64,000 nt of DNA. Source: a bacterium. GTDB taxonomy: Bacteria; UBA8248. The position numbers and the translations under genes were made by a program. Under the pieces are notes generated by a model, which worked only from the letters and a program-made list of their open reading frames with translations, had not been told where the DNA came from and searched no databases. Positions 9,232 to 18,423 of the stretch are shown in pieces. Position 1 is the first letter of the stretch; each line of letters starts with the position of its first letter. The stretch spans positions 1,792,001-1,856,000 of the forward strand of contig OZ242260.1 in NCBI GenBank assembly GCA_965207065.1. The letters are read 5' to 3'.

Positions 9232-10000
9232 ACCACCCGCCATCCACCAGGAGCGATGTGCCGGTCACGAGGCTGCTCGCCTCGGAAGCCAGGAAGATGG
9301 CCGGCCCCACCAGTTCGCTCATCTGCCCGAAGCGGCCCATGGGCGTTCTGTCGCAGATGGCGTCGTAGATGAGTTCGTCTTCCTGCAGGGAGGCGGTGAG
9401 TTCCGTTTCGATGAAGGTGGGACAGATGGCGTTCACCTGGATGTTGTCTGTCGCATACTCGCGAGCGAAAACACGCGTCAGGCCGATGAGGCCGCTCTTC
9501 GAGGACGTATAAGGCCCGTAGCACTGTTGCCGGGGGTTCCGGAATACGGACCAGCCCATCAAAGATGAGATGTTGATCACCTTGCCGCCGCCCGATTTCT
9601 TCATTTCCTCGCCCGCGCGCCGCGTGATGAAGAAGATGCTCTTCAGGTTCAGGTCGAGGATCCTGTCCCAGTCCGCCTCGCTGATGTCCCAGAGCGTTTT
9701 CCGCACGTTCGTGCCCGCGTTGTTCACCAGAATGGTGAGGCCGCCCAGTGCTGCGGCGGCTTCTATCACCATGCGCTCGGCCGATTCCATGTTGGTCACG
9801 TCGGCCTGGATGAGCGCGCACTTGCGGCCCATGCCCTCGATGGCTTCCTTCGCCTCGCCGGCGGGTTCGATGTCGATGTCCGCGATGGCGACGTCAGCAC
9901 CCGCGGCGGCGAAGCCCTCGGCCAGCGTACGTCCGATGCCGCGCGCAGCGCCTGTAATGAGCGCCTTCGCGCCGCTCAGGTCGAAAAGAGATTGACTCAT
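9221..10000 (-). CDS. Short-chain dehydrogenase/reductase (gluconate 5-dehydrogenase-like)
   Basis: TGAARGIG, NNAG, YTSSK (YxxxK), VDGG; AAGGAG RBS. Confidence 0.9.
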   Translation of the reverse strand: MSQSLFDLSGAKALITGAARGIGRTLAEGFAAAGADVAIADIDIEPAGEAKEAIEGMGRKCALIQADVTNMESAERMVIEAAAALGGLTILVNNAGTNVRKTLWDISEADWDRILDLNLKSIFFITRRAGEEMKKSGGGKVINISSLMGWSVFRNPRQQCYGPYTSSKSGLIGLTRVFAREYATDNIQVNAICPTFIETELTASLQEDELIYDAICDRTPMGRFGQMSELVGPAIFLASEASSLVTGTSLLVDGGWYAT

Positions 10001-10186
10001 GTGTGATTCTCCTTATTAGGGGTGTCGGGTTTTTCCCGATTCTCTCCGCCGGAGCGTTCCCGGTCAATGGGCGCGGATAATCTCGTTGGCCTTGGAGGGA
10101 GAGTGTGATAATCAATAGGGAGAATTTCTTCTATTTTCCGTTCTCATTTGAGAGTGGTTTCGGGTTCCCATGCGCGGGAGTGAACA

Positions 10187-11836
10187 ATGGCTAAGTCCAA
10201 GGATAACGGCGCGAAAAAAGAGCGCCCCGTCCGGGAGGCGGCCTACAACTCGGGCAAGCCCGTGCCCGTGGTCTACGGGCCGGACGCGCCGGATGAGGGA
10301 TATCGGGAAAAGCTCGGCGCGCCGGGAGAATACCCCTACACCCGGGGCATCTACCCCACGATGTACCGGGGCTCGCTCTGGACGATGCGCCAGTACGCGG
10401 GTTTTTCCACCTCGGCGGACACCAACGCGCGGTTCCATTTTCTGCTCGGAAACGGCCAGACGGGCCTCTCGATGGCCTACGATCTGCCCACCCAGCTCGG
10501 CCTCGACTCGGACGACGAGACCGCACAGGACGACGTGGGACGCCTGGGCGTCGCCGTGGACACCGCTCAGGACATGGCGGACGTTTTCGAGGGGATACCG
10601 CTCGATAAGGTGAGTGTCTCGCACACCATCAATTCGACCGCCGCCATCATCCAGGCGTTCTGGCTCATCGCCGCAGAGCGCCAGGGGGTCGCGCTCGATA
10701 AGCTGCGCGGCACCTTCCAGAACGACATGCTCAAGGAGTACATCGGCCGGGGCACTTGGATATTCCCCCCGAGACCCTCCATGCGCCTGGTGGCCGACAT
10801 CATCGAATACAACGCGAAGCACTGCCCGCGCGTGAACGCCGTCAGCGTCTCGGCCACCCACATCGCCGAGACGGGCGCCACCCTCGCGCAGGACGTCGCC
10901 TTCCCCATCCTGAACGCTCTGGCCTATATACGAGAGCTCACCTCGCGCGGCCTCCACGTGGATGACTTCGTGCCCACGATGTCGTTTCACCTCTCGGTCG
11001 GCGGCGGCGTGGGGCCGTTCAATCTGCTTGAATCTATCGGCAAGCTGCGCGCGGCGCGGCGCATCTGGGCGCGCACGATGAAGGAGAAATACGGCGCGAA
11101 AAACCCGAAAACCATGCAGCTCAAGTTCTCGACCGGCAACTGCGGCAGCCGCATGGCGGCGCGCGAGCCGCTCAACAACATCGTGCGCCAGACGCTCTAC
11201 ACCCTGGCCGCTGTCATGGGGGGCACACGCTCAGTGAACATGGCGTGTTTCGACGAGGCTTTTGAGATTCCCTCGGACGAGTCCATCCGCACGGCGCTTC
11301 GGATTCAGCAGGTCATCGCCCATGAGAGCGGCGTGGCCGACACGGTGGATCCGCTGGCGGGGGGCTATGCGGTGGAAGCCGTGACGGATCAGGTGGAAGA
11401 GGAGATTCACGCCATCGTAGACGATTACGAATCACGCGGCGGAATCGTCCCCTTCATCGAGAGCGGCGAGATCCAGAGACTGCTCGCGCGGCAGGCTTAT
11501 GAGCATCAGCGAAAGATCGCCGATGGCGAGCAGGTGTGGGTGGGTGTGAACAAGTTCACCTCGGAAGAGGAAGACCGCATGAGCGCGGGTGAGGGCCTCT
11601 ACGAGGCGGATGATTCGGCGCTCGAAAAACAAAAAGAGCGCCTCGCGCGCGTGAAGGCCGCCCGCGATGAAGGCGAGGTGGCTGCGCAACTCGAAAAGCT
11701 GGCCAGGGCGTGTGAATCGAAAGAAAATCTGGTGCCTTATCTCATGGAGTCCGCTCGCGCGCGCCTCACCGTGGGGGAGATGACCGGGGTGATGCGCGGC
11801 GCCTTCGGGGCCTACGTGGAGCCGTCGGTCGTTTGA
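10187..11836 (+). CDS. B12-dependent acyl-CoA mutase, large (substrate-binding) subunit, methylmalonyl-CoA mutase family
   Basis: GEYPYTRG, WTMRQYAGF, GLSMAYDLPTQLGLDSD, QNDMLKE, DEA, DPLAGG, VGVNKF. Confidence 0.92.
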   Translation: MAKSKDNGAKKERPVREAAYNSGKPVPVVYGPDAPDEGYREKLGAPGEYPYTRGIYPTMYRGSLWTMRQYAGFSTSADTNARFHFLLGNGQTGLSMAYDLPTQLGLDSDDETAQDDVGRLGVAVDTAQDMADVFEGIPLDKVSVSHTINSTAAIIQAFWLIAAERQGVALDKLRGTFQNDMLKEYIGRGTWIFPPRPSMRLVADIIEYNAKHCPRVNAVSVSATHIAETGATLAQDVAFPILNALAYIRELTSRGLHVDDFVPTMSFHLSVGGGVGPFNLLESIGKLRAARRIWARTMKEKYGAKNPKTMQLKFSTGNCGSRMAAREPLNNIVRQTLYTLAAVMGGTRSVNMACFDEAFEIPSDESIRTALRIQQVIAHESGVADTVDPLAGGYAVEAVTDQVEEEIHAIVDDYESRGGIVPFIESGEIQRLLARQAYEHQRKIADGEQVWVGVNKFTSEEEDRMSAGEGLYEADDSALEKQKERLARVKAARDEGEVAAQLEKLARACESKENLVPYLMESARARLTVGEMTGVMRGAFGAYVEPSVV

Positions 11837-12249
11837 TGATGAGCACGAATAAACGCATACGGGTCCTGATGGCGAAGCCGGGCCTCGACGGGCATGATCG
11901 GGGCGTCAAGGTCATCATCCATGCGCTGAGAGACGCCGGCATGGAGGTGATTTATTCGGGTCTCAGGCAAACGGTGGAGCAGATTATCGCCGTAGCGATT
12001 CAGGAGAACGTGGACGTCATCGGCCTGAGCATACTCTCGGGCTCCTACATGGGGATTGCGCGCAGGCTCATGGCGAGAATCAAGGAAGAGGGCCTCGATG
12101 ATTGCCTCGTCATCTTTGGCGGGAATATCCTGGAGCGCGACGTGGCGGGGCTCAAATCCTTGGGCGTTGCCGAAGTCTTCAATCACCATGCGGACATGAC
12201 GGAAGTCGTCTCGTATATCCGTAACAACGCAGCAGCCGGCGCGGCCTGA
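11836..12249 (+). CDS. Cobalamin-binding small subunit of acyl-CoA mutase
   Basis: AKPGLDGHDRG (DxHxxG), GLSILSG, GGNI; TGATG overlap with the large subunit. Confidence 0.92.
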   Translation: MMSTNKRIRVLMAKPGLDGHDRGVKVIIHALRDAGMEVIYSGLRQTVEQIIAVAIQENVDVIGLSILSGSYMGIARRLMARIKEEGLDDCLVIFGGNILERDVAGLKSLGVAEVFNHHADMTEVVSYIRNNAAAGAA

Positions 12250-12265
12250 CGGCGGCGCATCTTTC

Positions 12266-13474
12266 GTGGGGGAATCAGTTTTGGAAAAGCCGCTGGAGGG
12301 CGTGCGCATACTCGATCTTTCCGCCCTGCTCGCAGGCCCTTACGGCAGCATGGTGCTGGCCGATCTGGGTGCGGACGTCATCAAGATAGAAGTACCGGGC
12401 CGGGGCGACCTGGTCCGGACGATGCCCCCCCACTACGTGGGCGAGACGAGCGCCTATTTCATCGCGCTCAACAGGAACAAGCGGGGCATTTTCCTGAACC
12501 TGAAGGACGAGGAGGGCTACCGCGTCTTCTGCGAGATGGTGAAACGCTCCGACGTGGTCTATGACAATTACCGCCCTGGCGTTTTGGAGCGGCTGGGCGC
12601 GGACTACGAAACGCTTAAAGTAGTGAATCCGCGCATCATCAGCGCCTCCGTCACCGGCTACGGACTCACCGGCCCCCAGAAAGACAAGCCCGCGCTCGAC
12701 CTCATCATCCAGGGGCGCGGCGGCATCATGAGCTTCACAGGCGAGCCGGGCAGGCCGCCCGTGCGCCTCGGCGTTCCCATGGGCGACATGGGAGGCGGCA
12801 TGTTCGCCGCCCACGGGATTCTGGCGGCGCTCTATAAGCGCGAGCGGACGGGCGTGGGCCAGAAGGTGGATGTCTCGCTCTTGGATTCCCAGTTGTATCT
12901 CGCAAGCTATCGTTCGCAGTACTATCTGACGGCGGGCGACGTGGCCGAGCCAATGGGCACGGGCCACGCATCCGCCGTTCCCATCGGCGCGTACCAGTGC
13001 GGCGACGGCAAGTGGCTTGTGCTCGACGCCATTCTGGATCATTTCTTCCAGGGCCTTTGCGACGCGCTGGGTCATCCTGAATGGAAGGACGACCCCAGGA
13101 TGAAGGACAGGCCCACCCGCCTCGAGAATCGCGAGTACGTGGACGGCAAGCTCTCGGAAGTCTACAAGACGAACACCGCCGCCCACTGGATAGAGAGAAT
13201 CGAGGCGCACGGCGTTCCCTGCGGGCCAATCCAGAGCATCGAGGAGGCGCTGAACGACCCCCAGACGCGCTCGCGAGAGATGGTGGTGGAGATGACCCAC
13301 CCTGAACTCGGCGAGATGCGCACGTTCAACACGCCCATCAAGATGGAGGGCACCTGGGGCGCTGCTCCCTCGCCGCCTCCCCTGATGGGCGAGCACACCG
13401 AGGAAGTGCTCAAGGAAGTGCTCGATCTAAACGATGAGGAAATCGAAAGGCTGAAAGCGCGCGAGGCGATTTAA
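12266..13474 (+). CDS. Family III CoA-transferase (CaiB/BaiF)
   Basis: PLEGVRILDLS, LAGPY, DLGADVIKIE, NRNKRGI, catalytic Asp region MGDMGGG, PPLMGEHT. Confidence 0.92.
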   Translation: MGESVLEKPLEGVRILDLSALLAGPYGSMVLADLGADVIKIEVPGRGDLVRTMPPHYVGETSAYFIALNRNKRGIFLNLKDEEGYRVFCEMVKRSDVVYDNYRPGVLERLGADYETLKVVNPRIISASVTGYGLTGPQKDKPALDLIIQGRGGIMSFTGEPGRPPVRLGVPMGDMGGGMFAAHGILAALYKRERTGVGQKVDVSLLDSQLYLASYRSQYYLTAGDVAEPMGTGHASAVPIGAYQCGDGKWLVLDAILDHFFQGLCDALGHPEWKDDPRMKDRPTRLENREYVDGKLSEVYKTNTAAHWIERIEAHGVPCGPIQSIEEALNDPQTRSREMVVEMTHPELGEMRTFNTPIKMEGTWGAAPSPPPLMGEHTEEVLKEVLDLNDEEIERLKAREAI

Positions 13475-13483
13475 GGGGCCGTC

Positions 13484-14272
13484 ATGTTTCATGACAAGAA
13501 GGCTTTCGTGTTCGACCTGGAAGGAGTCTTCTTCGCCGGAGACGAGGTGATGCCCGGCGGACAGGAGTTGATGCGGGCCATCAAGTCGAGAAACCTCCCC
13601 CATCGCTTCATCACGAACATCAGCCGCAGCACGGCGGCGGAAATCCGCGCCCACATGGCGGGTATTGGACTCGACCCGGGGGAGAACCTCATCGTGGCCG
13701 CGCTGGATCGGGTCGGCTCGTTTTTGAGGAAGAATTTCGGGCCGGGCCGCGCCTACGTGTTGGGGACGGATTCGCTTAAACGTGCGGTCGCATCGGGCGG
13801 TTTCGAGATATTGGGGAATGACGAAGAAGATAAGGCCGACGTCGTGCTTGTCGGTCTGGACGAAGACCTCACCTATCAGACTTTGAGCGCCGCAGCGCGG
13901 GCGGTGAGCCGGGGAGCGCAATTCGTCGCCATGAACCCCGACGTGCGGTTGCCGAGCGAGGATGGCTCTTTCTCCCTCGGCGGAGGCGCCATCATGGCGT
14001 CGGTTCGGGCGGCGGCGGGACGTGAGCCGGTGTTTTTCGGAAAGCCCGAACCTTTTCTCTTTGAAGAGGCGCTCGCTGAACTGGGCGTGGATGCGCGCCA
14101 CGCCGTCATGGTGGGGGACAACTTGAGAACGGATATTGCGGGCGGCCGGAAGGTGGGCATGGCCACCGTGTGGGTGAACCGCTGGGGGGTGATTGCCGGG
14201 GATCCGGACGTCACGGCGGACCTCGAAGTCAATACACTCGACGAACTGATGCCGCATCTGCCCGGCGGCTAA
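13484..14272 (+). CDS. HAD-superfamily class IIA hydrolase (NagD-like)
   Basis: FDLEGV (motif I), ITN, GKPEP, MVGDNLRTDI. Confidence 0.85.
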   Translation: MFHDKKAFVFDLEGVFFAGDEVMPGGQELMRAIKSRNLPHRFITNISRSTAAEIRAHMAGIGLDPGENLIVAALDRVGSFLRKNFGPGRAYVLGTDSLKRAVASGGFEILGNDEEDKADVVLVGLDEDLTYQTLSAAARAVSRGAQFVAMNPDVRLPSEDGSFSLGGGAIMASVRAAAGREPVFFGKPEPFLFEEALAELGVDARHAVMVGDNLRTDIAGGRKVGMATVWVNRWGVIAGDPDVTADLEVNTLDELMPHLPGG

Positions 14273-14295
14273 CTTTAAGAAACAGAGAGGACGAC

Positions 14296-15051
14296 ATGGC
14301 GCTGGTTGAATATGAGGTGAGAGACAAGCTGGCCTATATCAAATTGAACAGGCCGGAGAAGATGAACGCGATCAACCACGAGATGAGCGAACGCATCTTC
14401 GCGCTCTTCGACGAGATGGAGCGCGACCCAAATGTGTGGGGTTGTCTGATAACCGGCGAGGGCAAGGCCTTCTCGAGTGGACACGACCTCACCGAGCCGC
14501 CGCCCGAAGACAGGGAGGTGAAACCCGTTTCCGACCTCTATCAGGTCATCATGGAGCTTTTTAAGCCCTGCTTCGCGGCGATCAACGGGTTCTGTCTGGC
14601 GGGCGGGGCAGGCATCGCGCTCTCCTGCGACGTGCGCGTCATGGCCGAGGACACGCAACTCGGCTGGCCCCAGGTGATGCGCGGCATCTCTTCCGTCAGC
14701 GGGCCGATTCTCCTGGCGAAGCAGCTGCCCTTCAACCTCGCCCACTACCATCTGTTCACCGGCGAGCCCATCGACGCTGAAACCGCGCTCAGGCTCGGTC
14801 TCGTGAACAAGGTGGTTCCCCGGGCGAACGTGCTGGAGGAAACGGAGAAAATTGCGCGGCAGGTGCTGGCGAACGCGCCCCTGGCGGTGCGCGCCATCAA
14901 GGAGATCACCGTTCGCGCGCGCGACATGACGATGGAAGACGCCCTTCGATTCGGCGACGTGATCCTGAAACGCCTCCTGGAGACCGATGACGCAGAAGAG
15001 GGCGTGCGCGCCTTCAAGGAGAAAAGAACGCCTCGTTTCAAGGGGAAATAA
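14296..15051 (+). CDS. Crotonase (enoyl-CoA hydratase/isomerase) superfamily protein
   Basis: LNRPEKMNAI, AFSSGHDL, AAINGFCLAGG, EGVRAFKEKRTPRFKG; GAGAGGA RBS. Confidence 0.9.
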   Translation: MALVEYEVRDKLAYIKLNRPEKMNAINHEMSERIFALFDEMERDPNVWGCLITGEGKAFSSGHDLTEPPPEDREVKPVSDLYQVIMELFKPCFAAINGFCLAGGAGIALSCDVRVMAEDTQLGWPQVMRGISSVSGPILLAKQLPFNLAHYHLFTGEPIDAETALRLGLVNKVVPRANVLEETEKIARQVLANAPLAVRAIKEITVRARDMTMEDALRFGDVILKRLLETDDAEEGVRAFKEKRTPRFKGK

Positions 15052-15100
15052 AGATTATTATTATCTTTCGCTCCATCCTTCTGCCTGAAAGGAGGCCGCG

Positions 15101-16261
15101 GTGGACTTCGACCTCACCGACTCTCAACGGGAAATCCGGCAAAAAGCCCGCGAAATCGCTACGAACCAGATAGCACCCAAGGCGGCGTTCTGGGACCAGA
15201 CCGAGGAATATCCCTGGGAAAACGCTCGAATTCTCGCGGATGAAGGATTTATGGGCATGAACATCCCCGAGGAATTCGGCGGACCCGAGCGCCCGCTCAT
15301 CGAGGCCGTCCTGGTGGTCGAGGAGATGGCCAAGGTCTGCGGCATCACGGGGCGCATCGTGGTGGACAGCAATATGGGCGTGGTGGGGGCCATCATTAAA
15401 TACGGCACCGAGGAGCAGAAGAATAAGTATCTGCCCATGGTGCTCCAGGGGGATAAGCCCGCCATCGTCATCACCGAGCCCGAGGCGGGAAGCGCCGCCA
15501 CAGACATGACGACGCGGGCCGTGCTCGACGGCGATGAATATATCCTGAACGGCAAGAAGAAATGGATCACCGGCGCGGGCGTCTCCCACATCAACCTCGT
15601 ATTCGCCCGCGTAGTGCACGGCGGGGACGAGCAGGGAATCGGCGCGCTTATCGTGGAGTTGGGCGCGGAGGGCTTCCGCATCGGGGAACGCGCCTTCATG
15701 ATGGGCTTGCGGGGCATCCCCGAGAGTGAGGAGATTTTCGAGAACTGCCGCGTGCCGAGTGAAAACCTGGTGACGGTAGGCTTCGGTCGCCTGATGGCCG
15801 CCTACAACGCCCAGCGGGTGGGGGCAGGCACGGTGGCCTTGGGCCTCGCCGAGGGCGCCTTCGCGCAGGCGGTGGAATACGCGAAAAAACGCCACCAGTT
15901 CGGACGCCCGATATCGGAGTTCCAGGGGCTTCAGTGGATTCTGGCGGATGGACGCATTCAGCTCGACGCCGCGCGGCTCCTGCTCCACCGTGCGGCGGTG
16001 CAGGAAGACCCGAAGACGGGATTTCCCGACATGAACCTCGCCGCCATCGCCAAGACGTTTTCGGCCGAAGCCTCGATCAAGGTGACGAATGACGCGCTCC
16101 AGATTTTCGGGGCCGCCGGCTATTCGCGCGATCTGCCGATCGAGCGCATGGCGCGCGACGTGCGGATGTTCACCATCGGCGGCGGCACCACCCAGGCGCA
16201 ACGAAACGTGATCGCCTCGGGTATTTTCGGGAGAAAATTTTCGCAGCGCAGAGGAGAGTGA
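15101..16261 (+). CDS. Acyl-CoA dehydrogenase-fold protein, 3-sulfinopropanoyl-CoA desulfinase (AcdA)-like
   Basis: ACAD motifs TEPEAGS, QFGRPISEFQGLQW; AcdA-type segments YPWEN, GRIVVDSN, GDKPAI, MGLRGIPE, YNAQRVGAG, RMFTIGGGT; no catalytic Glu; GGAGG RBS with GTG start. Confidence 0.8.
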   Translation: MDFDLTDSQREIRQKAREIATNQIAPKAAFWDQTEEYPWENARILADEGFMGMNIPEEFGGPERPLIEAVLVVEEMAKVCGITGRIVVDSNMGVVGAIIKYGTEEQKNKYLPMVLQGDKPAIVITEPEAGSAATDMTTRAVLDGDEYILNGKKKWITGAGVSHINLVFARVVHGGDEQGIGALIVELGAEGFRIGERAFMMGLRGIPESEEIFENCRVPSENLVTVGFGRLMAAYNAQRVGAGTVALGLAEGAFAQAVEYAKKRHQFGRPISEFQGLQWILADGRIQLDAARLLLHRAAVQEDPKTGFPDMNLAAIAKTFSAEASIKVTNDALQIFGAAGYSRDLPIERMARDVRMFTIGGGTTQAQRNVIASGIFGRKFSQRRGE

Positions 16262-16380
16262 GAAAATCCTGCTCTAAGGATGGCTTCTCATAAAAGCGTC
16301 CCATGTCCGCTTGGAATATTGGGGCCGGAATATCCCGGGAAGGAGTAGTTAAACCCAGGCCGTATGATAAAGGAACCATA

Positions 16381-16722
16381 ATGGCTATCTTTACGCTTCA
16401 GGAAGCCCGCGATTTGCTGCCGCAGGTCAAGGAAGTGACGCAGCATTATTACGACGTCGTCGAGGAGATGCGCGAACAATTGGAAAACATCGAGGAGTCA
16501 CAAGACGTAAAGCGCCTCGAAGGACTCATGAATGACGCGGTCGGCGAGTGGGTCGAGGCCGTCAGAAACTTAGGGGTTGAAGTCAAAGGGTTGTGGCTGG
16601 CGGATTTCGATTCGGGAGACGGCTATTACTACTGCTGGAAGCTCGGCGAGGAAGACATCGAACATTTTCACAGCTACGATGGTGGGTTCGCCGGCCGCCG
16701 TCCCATTTCGTTGCTGGAATAA
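16381..16722 (+). CDS. DUF2203-like protein
   Basis: FTLQEARDLLP start, coiled coil, VEVKGLWLADF, YYCWKLGE, GFAGRRPI. Confidence 0.75.
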   Translation: MAIFTLQEARDLLPQVKEVTQHYYDVVEEMREQLENIEESQDVKRLEGLMNDAVGEWVEAVRNLGVEVKGLWLADFDSGDGYYYCWKLGEEDIEHFHSYDGGFAGRRPISLLE

Positions 16723-16828
16723 TACTCGTTTTTCCTGAGTTCGGAGGCTGTTCGATTCCAGAAAAACAATAACTTCCACGGTTCACGCTGGGCAAACGTG
16801 TGCCTGTTGGTGGTGGAGCAGATGCCCC

Positions 16829-18052
16829 CTAGCCGTATTGAAGTATCATGCCGGTGATCCCGCATTCGATGCAGCCGGCCACTTCGATGCAGCGCGAGTT
16901 CGCGGGCGGCATCACGACGCCGGTGATGCCCTCTCTGTAGAATCTCTCGAAGGGATAACGCCGCGCGATGGAGCGGCCCCCCACGAGCCGCATCGCGTGC
17001 TGCACCACCTTGGCGCAGACCTCGCACGAGATGTATTTGGACTGCATGACGGTTTTCACCGTGTTCTGGTTCGCCATGCCGTCGCCTTGTTCTTTCACGT
17101 GGCACGCCTCGTAGAGGAGCATCCGCGCGGCCCTGAGCTCGGAGCTCAACTCGCCGATGTTGCTCTGGTACATCTCGTTGTGACTCAGTGGCTCGGGGTT
17201 GGGCGGGTATTGCGTTGTTTTCACATATTCGACCAGGTGATTGTAGGCCCCCTCCGCGATGCCGAGGTAGGCGGCGGCAAAGCCTAAGTGGAACATGGTG
17301 ATGTCGATTTTCCCCAGCGCGCCGATGAAGTTCTCACCCCCCAGGATGTCCTCGTTCGGCACGAAGGTATCCTCGAAGATGATGTCGTCGCTCGCCGTTC
17401 CCCGCATCGACATGGTGTCCCACACCACCTGTACGGATGAACCTCCGTAATCCTTGTGAAGTACGGCGGTCATGATGGCCTCGGCGGCGGTCTTCTTCCC
17501 CTCCAAAAACCCGGTGGTGAAATAGTAATCGGCGTGCTCGCCAATCGAGGCGGAAATCTTCCTGCCGCTCAGCCGATAGCCGCCCTCGACGGGAGAGAAG
17601 ATGGACTTGAGCGTCACGAGGTGCCGGAAGCTCATACCGCGTTCCGCCGTGACGGAGGAAAACAGCTTGCCGTTCTCGACGATGTCGGGGAGGACGCGCT
17701 TTTTCTGCTCATCGTTCGCCAGGTCGAAAAAGAGGCTCACGCAGGTCTGGTGCATGTTCCAGGTCAGCGCGGTGGAGGCGCACGCCTTGCCCAGTTCTGC
17801 GAGCGCCATGTTGTAGGTGAGGGAATTCGCGCCCGATCCACCCCATTCCTCGGGGATGCACAAGGCGTTCAGGCCCGCGTCGATGAGTAGTTTGTAGTTC
17901 TCGGTGGGGAAGCGGCCTTCTCGGTCAATTTCGGCCGCCATCTCGGCCATCTGTGGCGTGAGGGCCTTTATCTTGTCGATGATCTGTTTGTCGTATTTCA
18001 GATCCATCAGCGTTTCGTATGACTCACTCGCCGCGGTTGTGGGACCCATCAT
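16829..18052 (-). CDS. Acyl-CoA dehydrogenase-fold flavoprotein (YdbM/SfnB/DszC-like branch)
   Basis: IDREGRFP, IPEEWGG, STALTWNMH, WDTMSMRGTAS, ERFYRE...VMPP; AGGAGG RBS. Confidence 0.75.
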   Translation of the reverse strand: MMGPTTAASESYETLMDLKYDKQIIDKIKALTPQMAEMAAEIDREGRFPTENYKLLIDAGLNALCIPEEWGGSGANSLTYNMALAELGKACASTALTWNMHQTCVSLFFDLANDEQKKRVLPDIVENGKLFSSVTAERGMSFRHLVTLKSIFSPVEGGYRLSGRKISASIGEHADYYFTTGFLEGKKTAAEAIMTAVLHKDYGGSSVQVVWDTMSMRGTASDDIIFEDTFVPNEDILGGENFIGALGKIDITMFHLGFAAAYLGIAEGAYNHLVEYVKTTQYPPNPEPLSHNEMYQSNIGELSSELRAARMLLYEACHVKEQGDGMANQNTVKTVMQSKYISCEVCAKVVQHAMRLVGGRSIARRYPFERFYREGITGVVMPPANSRCIEVAGCIECGITGMILQYG

Positions 18053-18423
18053 TTTTCCTCCTGTTCATCGAGGCGAAAAGCGCCCGCCTCGATCATCCAG
18101 ACGGCGTTCTGATTCAGGGTCGAGCGAGAGGACATGCTCGACGAATCTCGTGTTCAACTCATCAAAATCTCCATCAATCGACGATTTTCATCACACTGCT
18201 ACACCGGCTCAAAATTGGAGGTCGAGCGCGCCTCATGGGAAAAGGCGCACTTCCTCCATCGGGGATGGATCTCGATACTATCAGATGCCTCTTTGAGTTT
18301 GACAGCGTTTCATCGAGGCATGTAATCTCCGCAGGGTTTTCATACTTTAACCCATTGAGATAATTCTTGCACCAGCCGCTATACGGGTTGGTTTCGTTTC
18401 TCGAGATTTTCGGGAGATATTTT

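Noticed and set aside
10001-10186. Cobalamin riboswitch upstream of the B12 mutase
   Set aside because: Contains AATAGGGAG but no recognisable B12-box or GCCACTG/GGGAAG core.
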